This document shows positions 10,991 through 24,728 of a DNA stretch of 64,000 nt, one piece after another. Location: the NCBI RefSeq assembly GCF_031769215.1, contig NW_026781977.1:434001-498000 (forward strand). The letters run 5' to 3'. Numbering within the stretch: the first letter of the stretch is position 1; every line of letters begins with the position of its first letter. The translations under genes were made by a program, and so were the position numbers. The stretch is from Ylistrum balloti (lineage: Eukaryota). The notes beneath the pieces were generated by a model that worked only from the letters and a program-made list of their open reading frames with translations, was not told where the DNA came from and ran no database searches.

Positions 10991-12738
10991 AGTGTCATTT
11001 ATCGTTTGACTCTACTGTATTCTAAAGTTGTATCAAAAAGAGTGTTTTGTAAAATATTAATAAAATCATTTCACAGATTTATCTGGATATGTAAGATGTA
11101 TGCATTATTTATATAAAGTTTTTACACTGAAAACCTATTTTTATGTTGTAGATGTAATTGTACTTAACGTCAACAACATATTATTCTTTACGACAGAATT
11201 CTCTTTGATGTTAACGTCGTTTTGAACGTACTTCGCTTAAACAAACTTGTCTCAAAAAGTACTTTGTATCAGGAATATGCATTTTTAGATACCCAAGATA
11301 AATCACAAAAAAGAGATAATTTTTGATTGATTCGTACTTCATGGCACGTATAGCTCTAACTTTTATTAAGATCTATCGTAAATATCTAAATGATAATAAA
11401 CCTGTTTTGATATAGGTGCACCAATAAAGTTACTCGGAAAGTCTGATTGCTTCTATAATTCAGAAGGCTTCTGCTTATGCAAACCATCTGAACTTAACGA
11501 TTTTGTTGTAATTAAACCTATTCCATGTACGTTATTACAAGCCTATTCCGAGATTGTTGCTGTGAATGCCTTTGGCGGTTTAAATACGTTCATTTATCAT
11601 TTGACAGAGTTCGAATATAATTATACACCTGCAAACACTGAATATAATGGGATTTTCTTGAAAGTATATTAGTTTTGCAATTGAATTATTTTTTCATCAT
11701 TAGAAAGAGTTAGCGCTTAAATGATTTCATAAGGACACTAGTGACAGCAAATGTTGTTTTTGTTGTCAAAAATAATGAAAAAGTCTACCTGATTCTTTTC
11801 ACATTATTTTTATTTTTTACCATTTTGAAACTTTTGTAACATGTTAATCACATTATATTCCATTTGCTAAAGTAGTTACTTTATTAGAACTTCAAAGTAG
11901 TCGAGTGGGAACGTAACATAATTGAGATGCTCTGATAAAATTTGTGGAAAAGTGACAATCACATTGTCCGAGCTTTAGCGATCCCTATCTTATTGCCACT
12001 AATGCACTCACATCCGCTGGGACAAATATACATCAGGTGTGCATGTATATCACCATTAACTACATCAGCATGGGTGCATATAGATATTCCATACATAGAA
12101 CAGGACAAGCCATCAAGTTCCTATCAGAGATATTTTCGATAGAAGCTCAGCTGTTTTAATAGTTGATTTAATTACTTCCTGTTTCTTGTTGATATTGCTG
12201 TTGTGATGACTGCATCCACACTTGATAGGGATTCAGTTTAGAAAACCATACTTCAAATAAGTCTTCTGGGCATCCTTTATGCTTTTCTCTTAAGCTAACA
12301 ACGCTGAGAAAATCGAGATATTTTCAGCTGGGACCAAAGAAATGGATGATTGGTTCTATCATGCATGATAAGATGTTTACACGCACAACCTTGTACTTAG
12401 GCAAAAACTTTTACCTATTTCAACTATATCATTTTATCATTCTGATATATACTGAGCATTTTCTGCACATTCGCTAAAACATTGAAAATTGTCGTGAAAA
12501 AGAAAAGCAACAACGCAATTAACACAACAATATTATGGTTAGGAACAACGCCAGTGGGAGGATGTAGATAAATCTCACTGTTAAAGCCTACAACTGTATA
12601 TTATATATTGGCGACTGGCACCAATCATATAAAAAGAAAACCAAAAATAACACAAACTGCACAGTGCTTCATACATATATTTTAACCTTATTTTTGCTGC
12701 TGTTGATTTCCCACAGGCTTCAGAATTTAAGGCACCAA

Positions 12739-12778
12739 GCATCACTGCCGAGTCCTAGAAGGACGAAACATGTAGATC
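12739..12778 (+). ncRNA. Degenerate hammerhead ribozyme copy
   Basis: gcatca-CTGCCGA-gtcc[tagaa]ggac-GAAAcatgta. Stem II is intact; the core and the 3' side of stem I are altered. Confidence 0.55.
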
Positions 12779-13389
12779 TAATTTCAGTTTGGTAATGATA
12801 AGTGCTACTCAGTGGAGTGTTTTGGTACATTCCTTGAACTATCCGAGGCATACAGTACATTGAGGAGATATACACTCAAACGTATCATCAAAAAATAATG
12901 TTTAAACTCCGGAACGAATTAGTAGCACTAGACAGTACTGCTAGTCCTTTGTCTGTACGTAATAATGATATAAGTCACCTATAATCGGCTTTGTCAATAC
13001 ACTTTATTAGAAATAACATATTAACTTCGCCTACTATGACAAAAATAATGTTTCTGAAAAAGATATAATTTTTTCGCTACCAATCTAAAAGGCACAACCT
13101 TGATAACATTAAGGGTGTTTTTGAAAGAATGTATTTCTAAGCTCAGTGGTTGTCATTATCAATGAACTATTCGTTGCTTTTGCTATTATTAAATACATCT
13201 ACAATTACATCTGTGCTGTAGTGTCATGTAAACTGTAAGAAACATGGAAAGTAAAATAATATCAAATAACATAATATGTGAAATATTCATAATAAACGAG
13301 ATAACCCTATTATATTTATAAAAAATCGAGTTAACACAAGATGTGCAGAAAGAAGAGATAACTAATAAGTTTCAAATCAACTACTTAAT

Positions 13390-13450
13390 GAAACCAGGCG
13401 TTTTGGGATAATGTCCATTTCTTCATTGACGTCACTCACCATTTAACACG
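13390..13450 (-). mobile_element. PLE 3'-tail copy (degenerate)
   Basis: accaggcgttttgggataatgtccatttcttcattgacgtcactcacca resembles the tail consensus. Confidence 0.4.
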
Positions 13451-14149
13451 ATGGGAAATATCCTTGAATTGGCAGTTGTCCATAAGCATATCTATGAAGT
13501 GACAGCGATATAACAAATACATAGAAAACTGACAGTCATATTTTTGTCAAGTTTTATACAATATTTCTGTATTGTGACGTGTATTTTTCCTCATATAGGC
13601 CAACATACATGTTAAGACTAACGACGTGACAGAGCATGGTATCTTAAAAGACTTTTTAATATCAATAATACACGTGTTTGTATGTGTTCTTGATGAGGAA
13701 AAACACGTGATACTGTCCTAATCATATTTACATATCATCTACAATGGAACTTTATCACATTTTTGACAGTAAATATCCCAAGACTTCCATCTCTTGCCAA
13801 AACTACTTACACGCCAAATATTTGTGTGGGGGTTATGGCGCCGAAGACACCTTAAGTGGCGAGTTATAGTTCTATGGAAGGGTAAAGGTATTAAAAAAAC
13901 ACGGATATAGATATATTTCAGATAAATGGACCGCTACTTTAATGACTAAGGTAGGCAAATGAGAGTAAGGTTTATTGTAAACACCAATTAAGGGAGAGAT
14001 TTAGAATCAATCAAAATAGCTCGCAAGTATTTTCTAAGAAAAAGATATAAATAATTCCTACACATGATGGACTGCTAAGAGTTTCCACTATCACGGCATT
14101 AAAATTACCACGTGAAGCTAGTGCTGTTGTTAGGTTATACTGGTTTCGG

Positions 14150-14330
14150 TTGAACATTCGATATCACATTGTGTTACACATAAGGAAACATTGTCGCCCG
14201 CTGACTGATAAACTATAACACAGGGGTTCATTTGATTTAGTTGATGAATATTATGGAAAAGTTTTACGGTCGTCATAGTATTTCATAGAGAAATCATATA
14301 TTTCTTTGTGCAATGTATAGCCGGAAGTGT
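14150..14330 (+). mobile_element. PLE thumb fragment
   Basis: LTDKL.TQG...LMNIMEKFYGRHS, homologous to 34080-34190. Confidence 0.7.
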
Positions 14331-16128
14331 TTGACATTGTTTAGCTTGTCTGTTTGTTTCTTTTCTATATACATTGTTCTCGAACGTTTTTGTTGAAAGA
14401 GACCCGTTTTGAATGAGGCTTATTGAATTTCAATCTGAATTATAATTATGTTCACGTGTTGCTTTCATGTTGCGCCTTTGTTTATGCATATACTATAGTT
14501 TTCGAAGCAAATACATCTTTAATGTAAGTTCAAACTTGGAACCCTGAGTTTACAGTCATGTATTGTACGTCATAATAACTACTTCTCTCCTACGCTCTTC
14601 GCAAAATATCCTGCCAAAATTGAGTTTCAAAAAGTAGGTCCTTATCATCACTGACAAGTCCTAGAAAACGGAAACTGTTTTATGATGAAACCCAAGTCAT
14701 TATTTCGCTCTACCGCATCTAATTAAAATTTGTATTGAAAAGTGTGTGTAGTTTGTACAATCTTTTCCACAACAAAACAATTTTTCCTTCCTATCGATAA
14801 AATGTTCACTGTTTCGAGTGTTATAAGAGCATCAGATCCGAATGAGCATCACTTTACTAGTTTTTAATTCACAAAAATAAAACAAAAACCTCTAATTTCG
14901 TAACATCCTGCAAAAATCAATGCTTCCCGAAGGGTGCGGAAGGGTTTCCGGATTCACCGTTCCGCCATTCTGCTTCTACATTATTGGGGTTATAGAGCCA
15001 ATACTCTCCTAAACATCGCGTTTGATTGATAGAAAACGAACCATTGTACAAGTTTGATATTTTAAAAGAAAATTGGACGGGACGAAAACAGACTTTTAAC
15101 ATCTAAAGCTAGATTCATGCTCAAATTAGAAGCGCTATTTACAGAAATCTTAAGACTCTTTATAAAACTTACTGTTGAAACGATGCAAAGTTCAATTACC
15201 AGCGAGGAAATAACATTTTATATCAAATTAAAAACCTATTTTCAATGCAATTTATTTCCTCGAGTTGCATTTTATTGATTTCTTTGCAGAAGAATCAACA
15301 CAGTATCTCACAGATTCTTATCAAATGTTTTACTCAAGTTACTTAATGCTTAATCAAATTGATTAAAAATACATACATTTCATTCCGTGAGAGTCTACTT
15401 GTAGATAACGTGCAACAATGCTTTACAAGATGCCTCCTTTAACATACGCCTGTTCTTGTGGTTTGTAAACAATCCGCGGCTGCTGTCAATTACTGTAAAC
15501 AAACTTATATTCGCGAATTGTCGTTCGAAACATGTCCTTCTGTCTTTGATTCATTCACCTGCCAAGCATGCAATCTGGTACCAGAAATAGAGAAAGTACG
15601 TCCTTATTAGAATGCCTGGTAGCTCTATTGTTTCTTTACCTTATTCTCATTTGGGAACGTGAAATTACAAATCAAGCTAGATTTGCATGACGCTTGTCGT
15701 TATTGAATCAGAAGATGCCAATCTTTCCTAAACATCTTGTCTTATCCCCCTTTTACTTTTTTTCAGAGGTCTCCGCGAACATTTGTCTTATTTTCATATT
15801 TTGCCCTAGCTTCAACGAGTTAAAGTTGAAAATAAGATCCTGTGGACATGTCGCATTTCCTTTCTGGTTTTGTTAACATACAGACGTACATGTGCATTTA
15901 TAATTGTGTCAACATTCTGTCAAGTTGTACTGACAGGACAGGACAAATATTCAAAATAATAATAGTAAAAACAAAAGAAAACAATCATAATTAAAGACCA
16001 TCTTCATATAAACAGTGGGGAAAAAACCAAGACAATCTATCAGATGTCAAGTCACTTTATCACTGTAAGACCGTAGAATTACGTTTGCCTTCATTGGAAT
16101 CTATTTAATCAAAACAACATCGGATATG

Positions 16129-16160
<32 letters not shown>

Positions 16161-16169
16161 ATATATATA
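16129..16169. repeat. (TA)n microsatellite
   Basis: Visible directly; one interruption. Confidence 0.9.
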
Positions 16170-17064
16170 ACACAGTATTTGAAAATTGAAAATAAGATAA
16201 AAGGTCATGGATTTTAAAAAGATATGGTAGCGTAGTATAAATAAGATCATTTTTGTTTGGATTACAAATCTGACTTAAACAAAAGCACATATTAAGGTAG
16301 GATAATCAGACATATACAGAAATATCTATTTATTAAACATTGCCACAGGATTTAACCTATCAAACAAAAAGAAACAATGTCAGATCCAGATATTTAGTTA
16401 TTTATGACCCTGTCAGACATGTAATCACAGTGGCTAATACTATCTTCTGACCGGGGAATCGCTACAGGATCACACCATGCCAGACTTGAGACTATGCTTG
16501 AGAAATCAGAGCTTTCGGGATCATGAAACCACACACTACACTATATATTAAACCAGGCCAATTGTCGGTTTTATGCACTTATATTTCTGTGTGACAAGAG
16601 TAATGAAGACATTTTTCGGGAATAATAGTTTTTCGATAGATGAAACTAACACATTTTTCAGTAGAAGTTCGATAAGAAGCCATTTCCTCTGGTATACCGC
16701 TCTATAAATAGTAATTAGAGAGACACGCGGACTTAGGTTAAAGTCTACGAATGCACTCTAGATATCATACTTCATGGAAGGAGTGTGTAAATTTTCCTCT
16801 CAATATGATTGATAGTTATATGTGATCTATGATGTAAGATCTGTTTAAAAACTAAAAATAGTTGTTCCCGATAGCAGAAAACTACAATTGATAAAGTATC
16901 AGCAGAGACGCTCCCACACATTTTTCTTCGTCCCTTTAAGGTTGGTTTAGAATGAAATGTAAACTCATAGTCTAACGCTTTGACTTCCTTTAGTTGAAGT
17001 ATAAGATTTTTGCTCGTTTTCGAATTTAAAAATTACCTATCGCACACTCATTATTGACCATTAA

Positions 17065-17220
17065 AAACAATATACAGAGATTGGAATTAACGAATTGGCA
17101 ATACAGATGTTAGGAAACAATATACAGAGATTGGAATTAACGAATTGGCAATACAGATGTTAGGAAACAATATATAGAGAGTGAGGTAAACGTATTGACA
17201 ATACAAATGTTATGAAACAA
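17065..17220. repeat. 50-bp tandem repeat, 2 exact copies plus 1 diverged
   Basis: aaacaatatacagagattggaattaacgaattggcaatacagatgttagg at 17065 and 17115, diverged copy at 17165. Confidence 0.9.
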
Positions 17221-17499
17221 GAGGAAACGTCTCCGAAAGCGTTCCTGTTCGAAAAACCCACACAACAATGATCCTGCATGTCTTGGGAATATTATTATCA
17301 AAATAACCTTTTCAGACATAAAGCTATGAATTTCATTCTCAAGGAACGGTTTAATCCAACATTAAAAGACATTTTGAATTTGTATTATTAATGGATATCA
17401 TGGACGACTTCACCAAAGAGGTAGAAAACGAGAACCTTGAGCGCTTTCAAACTGGACTAAATCCATGTTTTCACGTAGAACATAAGTACTTTTTATTAT

Positions 17500-18010
17500 T
17501 CAGTGGAACCTGATGACAAGAAGCATTTGCATGGAAAGCGCATTGTTTTGTCTGGGAGCAAGACACTCAATAATTTAAAGTATCGTTAAATTTCTTGTTT
17601 TAAAAAGAAAAAAAGATTTCTTGGATATCCGGCTATTTTGTTCGTCTTTGAATTGCATTAGCATTCGAACAACTTTTCAACAGCATCTTACAATGGCTTG
17701 TAAGCCATTGATTTCGTGTGGATTTGAGGCATAACGCGATCTTTCCTATAAAACCGTAAACAGCCTTTTCTCAAAATTTGCATATCTTTTCTTGTAATGA
17801 TGGAGATTTCTGTTGCAGAAAAAGCGAATACCGATCGCAATATTTAAATAACTGGGATAAGAACACAAGATTGATTAACCAAGATAGATTGTGAGATTAT
17901 CCTAATTCCTTTTCTGCAATATGCTTGATGAGTACGATGGCAAGGTCTCTCTAGAGGCTATTATCAATATCCTGATGACAAAGTTCGACTATATCCATCT
18001 CCTGTTTTTA
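17500..18010 (-). mobile_element. Possible very old RTE-like LINE RT remnant
   Basis: Minus-strand scraps RVKTGDGYS, SLQEK...EKA..GF, IQRRTK and LLSVLL appear in plausible order, with many stops and frameshifts. Confidence 0.25.
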
Positions 18011-18922
18011 CACGATGTTGCGTTTTCTTTATCATTCAACAGGGATGATTTGTTACTAAGCTGTACTACAAACATGGTGGTTTCAATTTTCCTTTTTTGA
18101 ACATCCAATTACTGTCTACCTTTTACATCAATTAAGTGGCACGGACTCACGGTTTTGTCACGGGTTCGTTTCTAACGTAATACTAGCTGATATACCGAAA
18201 CAAAATGTAGAACTTGACAAATCCTTATTACTATTACTATCACTCAGTCATGTTTTATATTTAAATATGAGCAAATGAAGTATACTACATACTACACAGA
18301 GGTTACATAAAGACTGGCTTTTGTATATGGGATTTCGTTCACTCAAATAACATATATTTTCACCACAAACACGAGGTTTAACGAATGTTTTTGTAACTTA
18401 AAAATAATAAACAAGAGTGAAAGAAATATATTAAAAATTACAAGTTTGTGTGATCTTGTTTGCTTTGTAACGTTATCAGTTCGGGAGCAATGAAATGACC
18501 GTCTGTAAAATACCACTTCTTTATATTCAAAATTGATGATATTAGAAAAACTTATTTTAACTCATTACAAATAATTGCTAGAAATACGTGTTTTATCCTC
18601 AATGCAAAAATCAAATAGTTACCCTGGTGAATAAAGTAAAGACACAATCAGCCAACCAAAGCGTGTTAAAGTGAGATTCCACATGTGATGTAACATGTCT
18701 ATACATCTAAGGGCAACAGTTTGAGTGATTTATTACTGTCTTTTGAGCTGAAAAAATCTGTTTTGGTAGAAATGGTCTTAAACTGTAATGGAGGAGAATA
18801 TGTGACCGCCTTGAGGGATTTATCTTGTTGATTTTATTTCGCGGATACTCTAATCAATTGACTAAGTATGGTGTTTAACACGAATGCTTGGTGGATATCA
18901 TGAACACTTCAACGAGAGAGAG

Positions 18923-19056
18923 NNNNNNNNNNNNNNNNNNNNNNNNNNNNNNNNNNNNNNNNNNNNNNNNNNNNNNNNNNNNNNNNNNNNNNNNNNNNNN
19001 NNNNNNNNNNNNNNNNNNNNNNNNNNNNNNNNNNNNNNNNNNNNNNNNNNNNNNNN
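18923..19056. other. Assembly gap (134 N), preceded by (GA)n
   Basis: Run of n characters. Confidence 1.
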
Positions 19057-20699
19057 TTTGTGTTATGTCGTTATTCCTGTTTAACTAACAGACAATCCAG
19101 GCTCTCATTTCTCCCGATAAACTTGCCAGTCGGCTATCCTGACGTCAGAAGTTAATCTTCTGACATTATGGGATTTGAATCTGGAACAAGGCTCTTAGGT
19201 AATCAGACCGAACTCTGTCAATAAGTCTTAAAATGTTTTATTTAAATAGGTATTATATAGGTATTTAATTCCCGGAAGAAGCATTGATTTAAATCTGGTT
19301 TCTAAACTGGTGTTACTGGGACACGGGAGAATGTTCATTTGTCATTGATTAAATGGTTTTAGAACATATCACAAATGCTCTCATAAAATCAATGGAACTA
19401 AACCTCTTATAATCTAGAAGCATTATGTACTTTTCTAGGGATGCGATTGAAATGATCACATTTATACAAACACAGTGTGCCAATTACTGTCCTTATGAAC
19501 AACTAACCTAAACATTATGTGATAACTTAAAAGAAAAAATAACAATAACAAACAACAAACAAAACAGCACAAACACCCCCCAATCCTCAAACCCCACCCC
19601 TGCAACCCATAAAAATGTCCGCTTATGACATTTCATTTACAAGGAAAGGGGAAAACTATTCAGTGTTCACATCCAAGTACCTGTCAGAATTAACGTAATG
19701 CTTGCCAATTAACTACAGCGGTAATTGAAGTATTTCTTCATCAGAGCAATATGGACTGAATCATTGTGAATGATATTAATCGTAATAATGATATCACCTC
19801 TTACTGTCAGATTGTTCCACTCCCTTATAAAATGTAAATGGCCGATCCCTTATCCCTGTCTATCGATTAACAGTACAGAAGTAAGGACCATCATCCAGGC
19901 TTGTCAAGACGTCCAAAGATGTAAGCCCCCTCAATGATGAGAATTTCTAGAAATGTCCCCCAGGGAGAAAGCATGCTATGTTTAGTGACTTGCCAACGCA
20001 CGGGGGATTGACTGTATATACCGGAAAAAAATACACCTGCCGAATCAAGTATGGTTAGATTATCAGAGCATTTCTTTAATGTCTTAATAAATTCAGTTAA
20101 AATCAGTATCGGTTATTACTCTTTCAGTGCACAATTGTCCTTAGTGTCTCAAGTTCTCGTATGATGGAAACACGTGTACGATAGAATTGCAGACATGGTG
20201 CTTCCAAATGAAGAATTGGAAGTCACATGTCCATCACGTGACAATCATAAAGTTAATAATAGAATGTACTTTAGGTACATACAATTGGGAGATATTAGAT
20301 CTTATGCATCCGTGACGATATATTGATACTTGGCTATTTTACTCAGTATGTTAACGGTCTGATGGTAATCGTGTTATTTCTTTGTATTCCTTTCTAAACA
20401 ATATTTCGATGTTCTTTTCAATACTTTTTTCGCTTCAGTGCGCATTAATCTAAAGGACCTACATTTGCTACTTAATAAAATTGTGTGTGTTTTTAGGAAA
20501 GATAACACTTTTATGTCTGCTTCAGATGACTTAAATTAAAAGCTTTATCAGAATTTGTAGACAGCTGTAATCGTAGTTTCCAACAGTGAACTGGCACCTC
20601 TAGTTTCTAAAAAAAATGAATTAATGAACAAAATCCTCGTACAACAAAAATAGTCCCATAAAAACGACACGAAAATACCTACATGTTAACAAACTCTTA

Positions 20700-20830
20700 A
20701 TATAAACTCAAGATCGATAAAACGAGGGCAAACATTAACAAAATAAAGAATTACAGACACAAGGAGAAGTAGGCGTTCCTCAAGGGTTAGCGTCTTCTGC
20801 TCACTCGACGACAGTAATGAAAATATTGAT
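20700..20830 (-). mobile_element. PLE 3'-tail copy (short)
   Basis: gttcctcaagggttagcgtcttctgctcactcgacgac, preceded by a degenerate end motif. Confidence 0.55.
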
Positions 20831-22184
20831 ATGAAAGTAAGTAATGCAAAAAATAAATAAATAAACAAAAAACTTGAAATAAAAATAAAATTTGATTTAT
20901 ATTATATTAAGTTATTTGCATGTTCATCTCGCGTTATCCAGCTTATTGATTAAGGTATTTGTTGTATATGTTTCGGTGTAGATCCGCCACTAACATCATC
21001 TCGTGAGCTCGCAGATCATTTCAGCTAAAAGAGATCACTTTGACCTCATAAAATCAATTCAACGATATTGGTCTCACCTGACCCTTAACACCTGAATGAC
21101 CAACACACACGAGATGAACCCTCTCCATCAACATGAATCAATAGGTCATTTAGTCTTGTCTAGTTCTGTCCAATTCCGCTCCAAACATATTCGGAATCAA
21201 GTGCCTACTCAATATCTATAATTCAAACGGACTTGTGAGCTGTCTTGCTGAAAGGACCACCAGAAAGAAAAATTCTATTTTTAGTATCGTGCATTTTACA
21301 GCAAATCCGTAAAGGATCAGGAAGAGCATTTTATAAAATGCAGGTGTTACAGACAATGGCATCGGATTTTCGCAGGAATTAACCCCCACAAACATTTTAC
21401 TATTTTTAGATTCAAATGAAACATTTCGTTGGAGTATTATATCGCTTATGTTGTTATAATGCGCCTAGATCTTCATTTATCTTTCGTAATAAATACTACA
21501 TTTTTTGGGTTTTTGGGTTTTTTTTTTTTTTGCCTTGAGATCGACCAACGGACGGCATGCACGAATACCTCAAACAGAAAAGACATTTCTCTGATGAAAT
21601 GTTTCTATCGCTGTAATACACATGTATCAGTGGCGGGATATGAAATATGTTAAAACCATACTCCCATAATAATGCACCCTTTGTAATAGTAGCTCTTATT
21701 TTGTAACCGAAACAATTCTCGGTTCTGAATTTAGTACATTTTAAAATCGATGTTTTGGGTACCAGAAATATATCACGTCGTTTGTTAGCCAAATACAACG
21801 CTTAATCATAAACAATGAATTTAGATCATATATTCTTCTTACGCCTTTTATTTAATGAACATCTCATTCATATCATCCACCACTGACAGGAAATGAATAC
21901 CTTAAGAAAAGCGTTAATAGTGTAAATTACCTGGTAGATAATGAGTATGACAAAGATGATGATATTGATGACATTAAAACCATAATGTTGTAGTAGCTCT
22001 CTCTGAGACAACGTGATTTCATAGCAAAGAATATCCTCTTCAACAATGGAGAAAAATGGTTATATTATTGTAAGGCTGCAGATCATTGTATTAATTACTC
22101 CGTTTAATTTGCTCCGTTAATATAATCAGAACACGTAAATAGTTATATGTAAATATGAAAATTGTGAAACTGTCACCGAATAGA

Positions 22185-22313
22185 TATTTTAGCTAACCTT
22201 TATGACCATTAAACCATAAACTGGAAAATGTGAAAAAAATAATTATCTGTTGAATAAAACATACCCAGAAAAGGGTATTTTAGCTAACCTTTATGACCAT
22301 TAAACCATAAACT
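22185..22313. repeat. 38-bp exact direct duplication separated by 53 bp
   Basis: tattttagctaacctttatgaccattaaaccataaact at 22185-22222 and 22276-22313. Confidence 0.9.
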
Positions 22314-23055
22314 TCTGATACATAACACGGAATGATAGACAAATCGAAACTATTTACCATCGGGTAACTCCTATAAAACTACACTCACTTCTTTAAGATT
22401 TCTGTCGTGGATAGCACATTTTTTTCTCATTTTTCGAACGTGATGAAAATACTGGTAGACAGTATGGAAATGCTAGGACGAGATTCCTGTGGTACTTGAC
22501 ATTATATTATCACAGCAGTAAATGTGTGATGTCTATTCTATCAACACAATACTGTTTGAGTAAGATTACTGGACACAAAAATAATATTGGTCAACTAATC
22601 AATTCAATAGCAACATCAGTACTCCAGAAATACGATGTCTTTGCATAAACAAGCACAAATTCCATTATATACTAGAGTCTCGGGAATAGTCAGTGAAAAA
22701 AGACGTAGGCCCTGATAAGGTGTTTATATCTGTCTTAATATTTGTTATTTTGTGGAATTAAGTTTATTATTTATCAATTATCTGGTGATTCTTTGACAGG
22801 CTCTCATAAAACATTATAAAAGTCGATCTACTATTGATCGACCTACCACGTCATTTATAGATTTTCGTTCATGACTCAAAAAAGAGAGATTTGTGATGCT
22901 TGAAAGGCTTCCCTTTAACACTTATGAATGAATGTCAAGGTCGTCCACTCGATCCCATAACAATCAAAAGATTACAGCAACGAGAACACAATTACCCATT
23001 ATACATATGGAAAAAACAAGGCAAATTTCAGCAGCTGTACACAATCATAATCCGA

Positions 23056-23296
23056 ACTCGAATTCCATAACACTAGGGGAAATATGAACAAGAGAACTAT
23101 TTACACGGAAACAAAAAAGTACAAGAAGAATAAGACCGAGTGTTCCGGAAGGGTTAGCATCTCCTACTTTATTGACGGCAGTTTTCATGTAAATCTTGTA
23201 AGTACAAGTAACCCAAGTAAGTAATGTCACATCCTCGAATAAGAACAAGGTATGCAACGACGAATCTAACAAGGAAACTAACAAACATCAGACACC
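23056..23296 (-). mobile_element. PLE 3'-tail copy
   Basis: gaagaataagaccgagtgttccggaagggttagcatctcctactttattgacggca plus downstream gtaatgtcacat..gaataagaacaaggtat, shared with the 51.3, 54.9, 27.9 and 59.3 kb copies. Confidence 0.75.
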
Positions 23297-24189
23297 TCAA
23301 GCTTCAGTGATCTTTGACCTTTGATTACCTTTTCATTTTCTTGTACTTGACAGAAAATACTTAGCAGGTGTTTGAAACGTTGAATTTCACGAGTTGGTAT
23401 CCTCGTTTATTACTAGAGGTGTAATTGATGTTCCTTCTTTCAGTTTTAAGATCTTACTATATATTATCTCTCTGATGCTGAAACGCTAATTATTGCTGTG
23501 ATCAATCGCAATATATCTATCAGTTTTACTCTCACTTGTACCACTCCACTATTTATCAGCTACCAGTGTCTTCTTTAAATAATTTGTGTTGTATCTTTGA
23601 TAAGGTAATTAACAATTAAGGTTTATTTTCATTCAAGATTTAGGGATAATTAATGCCAAAAATACCAGATTTACATCCGGCGGAAGCCAGAAAACAGCAA
23701 TAAGGTCCTACAGCTCAGTGCAATTAATTTACTCTGGGAATTAAATTTCGTTTTCAATCATTTCATTTGCATGCAAGCATTATCCATTTCATAATTACTG
23801 TTCCTTACGATTTGAAACCCTTATCGTTCTCTTTATTTTAGCTCCACTGCAAGGATCGGAAACATCATTGATGTGCATAAACGAAAAACCCTTATTACAT
23901 GTATAAGACTCCAGTAATACTTTATATATTATCACTACTACAATTATAATTGCAGTGTTGCGGTAACATTTACCCGTCGTTTTCCTAATCCGTTTGTATG
24001 TCTGAAGAAATGTAATAACTTTTTATAAAGAAATTGACATCAAAGACTTACATCACACCTGTTATTACTATCATTATACAATGAACGGCTCATCAAAGTA
24101 GAGAAGGACATAAAGACAACCTGTAAATAAAGATACGCTATATATAGACGTAGGCCAAACTATCAATAAAAGAAAGAATTACCCGATGA

Positions 24190-24290
24190 CTCCTATAAAA
24201 AGCAAGGAGAATAAAGCCAGATGTTCCGAAAGAGTATGCGTCTTTTGTTTCATTGACGACACCCACCATGTATACAACAACGAAATCAAG
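24190..24290 (-). mobile_element. PLE 3'-tail copy (short)
   Basis: ggagaataaagccagatgttccgaaagagtatgcgtcttttgtttcattgacgacaccc. Confidence 0.6.
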
Positions 24291-24435
24291 CTTCAATTAA
24301 TTTCTTTTCGCATAAAACGTATCATTCCTTAAGCGTACGTGGGGTAAAATGTGTTAGATAATAATGAATTAATATATAGATTCACAGCATTTGGTGATGT
24401 TATTTCTATCCCTAGTTCTTCCATGAACTTAGTTA

Positions 24436-24728
24436 CACTAGACTGATATCCTAGCTCCAGCTAGATATAGACACAATAAACTGATGCTATACCCTAGCTC
24501 TAACTAGATATAGGTACACAAGACTGATGTGATATCCAAACTCCAGCTAGATATAGACACGATACACTGATGCTAAATCCTAGTTCTAGCTAGATACTGG
24601 TCACAAGACTGATGTGATATCCTGATTCTAACTAGATATACGTACACTAGACCGAAGTGATATCTCAGCTCTAACTAGATATAGGTACAATAGGTACACA
24701 AGGCTGACGTGATATCCTAGTTTTAGAT
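24436..24728. repeat. ~43-bp diverged tandem repeat, ~7 units
   Basis: Consensus gactgatgtgatatcctagctctaactagatataggtacacaa, with alternating variants. Confidence 0.85.

Noticed and set aside
18884-19088. ORFs containing X runs
   Set aside because: Artefacts of the N gap.
24436-24728. CRISPR-like appearance of this and other arrays
   Set aside because: Head-to-tail diverged units without unique spacers, no cas genes, and a eukaryotic context.
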